Positions 59,741 through 64,000 of a stretch of DNA of 64,000 nucleotides are shown here, one piece after another. Both the position numbers and the translations under genes were made by a program. Where the stretch lies: positions 61,008,001-61,072,000 of the forward strand of contig CM052828.1 of the NCBI GenBank assembly GCA_028534125.1, read 5' to 3'. This DNA comes from Lama glama. Its lineage: Eukaryota. Position 1 is the stretch's first letter, and the number at the start of each line of letters is the position of its first letter. The notes beneath the pieces were generated by a model that ran no database searches, was not told the DNA's origin, and was given only the letters and a program-made list of their open reading frames with translations.

Positions 59741-60085
59741 CTTCACACGGCTCGATGACTCAAAAAATCATTCTGAAAACTTCCTTTCTACAAGAGACCG
59801 CGAGCACGAACCCCGCCCCCAAGGTCAGCGCTGAGGCGCAGAGGACAAGGGCGCCCTTGGGGCGCTGATTCCCGGCGCCTGCCGAGACGTCACTCAATCT
59901 GGGTGCCGACGTAACAAACGCACGTCTCATGTTTCACGTGTTACCAACATCTCAGGTAAAAATATATTTTTAGAAACATAGCACTTCATCACTCACAGGC
60001 AAGACTTAATTACACAGGAACATTTGAATCGCTCCTTCAAAACCTGGCGGAGGTTCAGCCACATCCAGCGCGTCCAGCCGTGGTG

Positions 60086-60175
60086 TCAGCCCCGAGCCAG
60101 CAGCCGGGCCCTGCAGTGCTCCCGCAGCCGGGCGATCCTGGCCGCGGACAGGCTCCCGGGCTCTGAGAAGATTTT
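60086..60175 (-). CDS. GRTP1: GRTP1 last exon, coding part (90 nt)
   Basis: ttctgttccag|AAAATC; KIFSEPGSLSAARIARLREHCRARLLARG-TGA. Confidence 0.93.
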   Translation of the reverse strand, partial: KIFSEPGSLSAARIARLREHCRARLLARG

Positions 60176-63100
60176 CTGGAACAGAAACGGAATCAGAAAC
60201 TCAGAGCACGTCCTACCTGAGTGGCCCCGGGGCTGGACCAGCCAACTCGGACTGAGGACGCGGCCAGCAGGGCCCGCTGCTGCTGGATGAGTTCGATCTG
60301 CGAACAAAGAAAGGTCACCTGCTTCCTCTAGACCCTGTGAGACAGAAGAACGGAACGTGGGAAAGACCCCCGGACAGCTGTGCTCTTACTCCAGGCCCAT
60401 GGGGGCCGTGCTCAGCGGTGGGAGGGCAGCTCAGCAGGGGCACAGGGGGCCCCCGGCCTCGAGCACTTGAATGTCGCTCTGGGCCAAGGGCCTGGGGCAG
60501 GGCGGGCTTGGCTCCAGGCTCCTCCAGCCTCCACGACTGCACAGCAGAAGTACGCTTAACCACGGTTCCTTGTCCCCCTTCCTACTTTTAAAAACTGAAT
60601 CGAATCCATAAAGTAAATGCCGCAGATTCTGAAGTCAGGGCTCTGAGCCCTTGGAATCGAAATCGGGTAACATCTTGTCCAATTTCCATTCTTTCAATTG
60701 TGCTAAAAACCAGACAGTTTAGCCCCTGAACCATTCCAAGCGTGAGGTTCGGTGGAGGTAACTACAGCCAGGCTGCCGGGCACCAGAGCTCAAGAACTTC
60801 CTGCGCTGACCTCCGGCCCCACCCTCACCTCCCTGTCCCTGGGGTCCTGGCCCCTCTAGCAGCCTCGAGTAAGTGGAATCAGACAGCTTTTGTCCTTTTG
60901 TGGCAAGTCACTGAGCACGATGTCCTCAAGGCTCATCCACGTAGCAGCGGGTGTAGAATTTCCTTCCTTTTTAAGGCTGAATGCAGAGACCACATGTTTA
61001 TCCGTCCACCGCTTCGGGCATGTGGGTTGTTTCCACGTCCTGGCTGCCTCGAACGCTGCCGTGAACGCGGGCACTGGTATCGCTTTGGAGATCCTGGTTT
61101 CACTTCCTCCGATGCACTCCTGAAAAGACTGCTGGGTCACATGGTAGTTCTGGTTTCTTGAGGACCGTCCGTACCGCTCTCCACAGCGGCTGCGCTGGTT
61201 TACATCCCCACCAGCAGTGTCCACGCCGGCCCACGTTTGCTGGCTGTGGTCTTCCTGACGACAGCCGTTCTGACAGGTGCGGGCGGCGTCTCCCTGATGA
61301 TGAGCGATGCTGAACGTGTCTGCTGACAGCAGCGTCTCTGGGAAGGACCCCCTCCGCCCGTCTCTAAACGGGGTTACTTGGCTCCTTGGTGACTTGTGGT
61401 CTCCGTCCGTCTGGACGGTCACCTGCTGTGCGGTTTGCAAAGTGCCTCTGCTGCCCTGCGTTTCCTCCTCGCGGCCGGCTTCCCTTGGTCCTGGGTTTGT
61501 TTCCGCTTTTGCTGCCTGTGTCGTTCCTGGGCTGACTCCTGCAGCAGCTCTGAAGCCAGTCGGGCCGTCGTGAGCAGACGAAGGACAGGAAGAAGCCAGA
61601 CTTGAGAAGCAGGGGCAGGAAGAGACAAACCACCTCTCAGTGAAAGAAGCGGGCGCCAGGCGGCCTGCGGACAAGCTCCCTGCGTCGCAACTTAATGATC
61701 ATTTGTGCAGTTGCTGCTGAGGAATTCACGGTTACAGATCAGACTGAGTGCAAGGCCACTAACAAAAAGTTCTGTTTTTCTGAGAAATGTCCCTTTGGAA
61801 CTCTCCTGTGGATTCATAATCGCAGCACCTAAGGTCAGGGCAGAGTTCCTGCACGAGGCCTGTCTGAACCGCAGGGAGGCAATCAGAGCCTGGAGCCGGG
61901 CCAGCACGCGGTCCTCCTCCCACCACGTGGCTCTCAGCTGCAGGGCGAGGTCGCCATTATATTCTCCAGGAAATTCTGGATGTTCTGTAAGGATTTCAGA
62001 GGTTTGACGTATGAACTGTGGTTCTGCTGAAAAAGATACACGACTCTGGAGACCACGAGAAAACAAGACCCCTGCACTGGGGCCACTTCCCCCCCGTCAC
62101 CCGAACAGCCACAGCCACGGCCACATCCATGCCGTGAGGACGCGTTTCATCTCCGGTGGGGAGATCGGCCAAACCCGTCCAGCTCCTTCAGGGTCTGGGT
62201 GCCTCCCTCAAGCCCCAGAGCACCTTGGAGCCCCAGCACTGGCCCCGCCGCCCACCTGGGACCTGCCCCAGACAGACAGTGTGCAGGGCGCCCGGCTGCA
62301 CACGATGGAACTTGAGAGCAGGGCGCCAAGTCAGGCCAGACACTGAAGTCATGGATCACATGAGGCGTCCGGAAGCGGCACAGCCGCAGAGACAGCGGAG
62401 ATGTTCGCGGGGCTGTGGAAGGGCAGGGCCCCTCGGGGCGGTGGCAGCAGTCTCGTGGAAGGGCCCGACTGAGGGACCCCGGAACATCCACCATAGAAGG
62501 GAGAACTTGGCGCCTTCCATCATTTTCCAGGACTGACATCACAAAAGCCTCAACAACCCTGGTTTATCGTCTCCGACGGTAAACAAGGAACCAAGTCTGC
62601 GGAGGCCTGTGATCCCGCCTGCGGTGCACGGTGACGGCAGGACCCCTAGGCCCCGGCCAGCCTGAATGTCTCCACCACGTCCTGTCACCCAGGGACCAGC
62701 ACCACTCCCGCCCCACACATCTCACCCGGTGCCTCCGCCTCCTCTCTGTCCAGGCCACGGGTCGGTGAACATCGGTGCTCCTGCCCACCGGAGGACGCAC
62801 GTGACCTGGTGGCCTCAAGCCCCTGCGGCTCCCACCCTCCCAGACTCTCCCCAGCACCTTGGGTCTCCCCAGGCCAGTCCGAGCCACCAGCAGGCACTGG
62901 CTCAGCAAGGTGGCTGCCACCCCAGGGACAGGGGGATTCCAGGCCCCCTCAAAACAAGGCGTGTCGGGGTGACTCTTTCCCACAGAGGGTGAGACTCACA
63001 ACGGACCGTCTGGGTCAGTACCTCCTGCCAGGGTCCCCCAGCTCCGGGCCTGCCCCCTCCTCCCGCTGGCCCACCTAAGACCCGACTTCCTGCCCAGCCT

Positions 63101-64000
63101 CCCCTGTATCTGCAGGGCTGTCAGCTGCAGCACCCCCTCATTCACTCGGGTGATCTGAGCTGCCTGCACAGCCCGGACCAGGGCTGCAGCCCAGCCAGGG
63201 GGCCCTGGTCTCGGGGAGCTGCCCTGCCAGGTGGACGGACAAGTGTGACCCCGCTGGGGCCAGGAGATGAGTCAACAGCTGTAGGGCCAAGGAGAGGGGA
63301 GGTGCCTTTGTGTACAGGGCTGCAGGCAAGCCCGCGGCCCAGGGAGGGCCCAGGACTGGGGGAGGCCAGCCCAGGCCCAGGGGAGCCATGGCCTGGAGCA
63401 GACGGGTTTGCATCCTGCTGCTTCCACCCGAGCCGGGACTGAAGGGGTCCCCGGGCTGACGGGGCAGCAGGAGGGGAGCCGTGGCTGGTCTGCGGGGTGA
63501 CCACCGAGGTCTGCCCGCTGGCTGTGGACCCAGGGGAGGGGGGCTTGGAAGGTTGAGGGCCGGGCGCCCGGCAGACACAGCGCTCACCTGCATGAAGGTG
63601 TGGCATTCGGTCACGAAGCTCCCTTTCGTGATCTCCCTGAACTTCTCACAAATGTCCGTGAAGCTGCTGGCTTCCAGAATGAAGGACTGGTGTCGCTTGA
63701 TGAGGGTCAGGGCCACCCGGAAGATGACCTTGGAGCCTTCACTGAACAGACAGTCCCAGATGCGAAGCACTGTCTGTGGAGGGGAAGACGCGGTCAGCTG
63801 GCGGCGGCGGCCGGGCCGGCCCTGGCCTGAGGGAGGTGCCCTCACCTCCACGGGCAGGACGTCCACGAACAGGCAGAGGAACCAGCGCGACACGACCAGG
63901 GTCCAAGGCACGCCGTGCCGGTCCATCAGGGCCGCCACCGCCGGCAGCCTGGTCCTCACCAGCTCCCCAAGGACCTCCTGGTCCGTCTTCAGGCCGAGCA
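60086..64000 (-). CDS. GRTP1: Growth hormone-regulated TBC protein 1 (TBC1D6), 3' part, last three exons
   Basis: C-terminal TBC/Rab-GAP motifs RWFLCLFVDVLP and TVLRIWDCLFSEGSKVIFRVAL; convergent to LAMP1 as in other mammals. Confidence 0.95.
60690..61440 (-). mobile_element. Old LINE-1 3' portion (ORF2 end and 3'UTR) in the GRTP1 last intron
   Basis: Minus-strand translation AARTWKQPTCP...AATWMSLEDIVLS matches the L1 ORF2 C-terminus. Confidence 0.8.
63588..63773 (-). CDS. GRTP1: GRTP1 penultimate exon (186 nt)
   Basis: cag|ACAGTG; TVLRIWDCLF...VTECHTFMQ; CAG|gtgag. Confidence 0.95.
63846..64000 (-). CDS. GRTP1: GRTP1 antepenultimate exon (partial, runs off the window)
   Basis: LGLKTDQEVLGELVRTRLPAVAALMDRHGVPWTLVVSRWFLCLFVDVLPVE; donor GAG|gtgag. 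Confidence 0.94.

Noticed and set aside
60856-61674. 272-aa minus-strand ORF
   Set aside because: Its C-terminal part is decayed L1 ORF2; not a host gene
63138-63587. 150-codon read-through after the GRTP1 penultimate exon
   Set aside because: A strong CAG|GTGAG donor is present, the read-through is Pro/Gly/Ala-rich intron sequence, and no poly(A) signal was seen

Overview
Mammalian (eukaryotic) genomic DNA, GC- and CpG-rich. It shows the conserved CUL4A-LAMP1-GRTP1 gene order known from the distal end of human 13q34. The window starts inside CUL4A intron 2 and holds CUL4A coding exons 3-20 (+, 8301-32757) with the 3'UTR to about 34180. Next come about 10 kb of repeat-rich intergenic DNA, the complete 9-exon LAMP1 gene (+, CDS 44806-58146, ~406 aa, CpG-island promoter with five CLEAR/E-boxes) and the last three exons of GRTP1/TBC1D6 (-, 60086 to beyond 64000), convergent with LAMP1. 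Exon numbering follows my recollection of the human genes. All exon junctions were checked by hand for frame continuity. Two tRNA-Ala-derived SINEs of the vic-1 type and the LINE-1 3' ends suggest a camelid (inference). Almost all ORFs in the supplied track are chance ORFs in GC-rich introns or decayed LINE-1. I see no convincing undescribed biological system. The most interesting signals are at the RNA-processing level: an AT-AC minor (U12) intron in CUL4A containing an AATAAA and an in-frame stop, a GC-AG intron, stop-free in-frame micro-introns in LAMP1 and GRTP1, and alternative polyadenylation overlapping miRNA seed sites. LAMP1 also shows apparent glycan and hinge changes, and old repeats show strong AT-to-GC drift.
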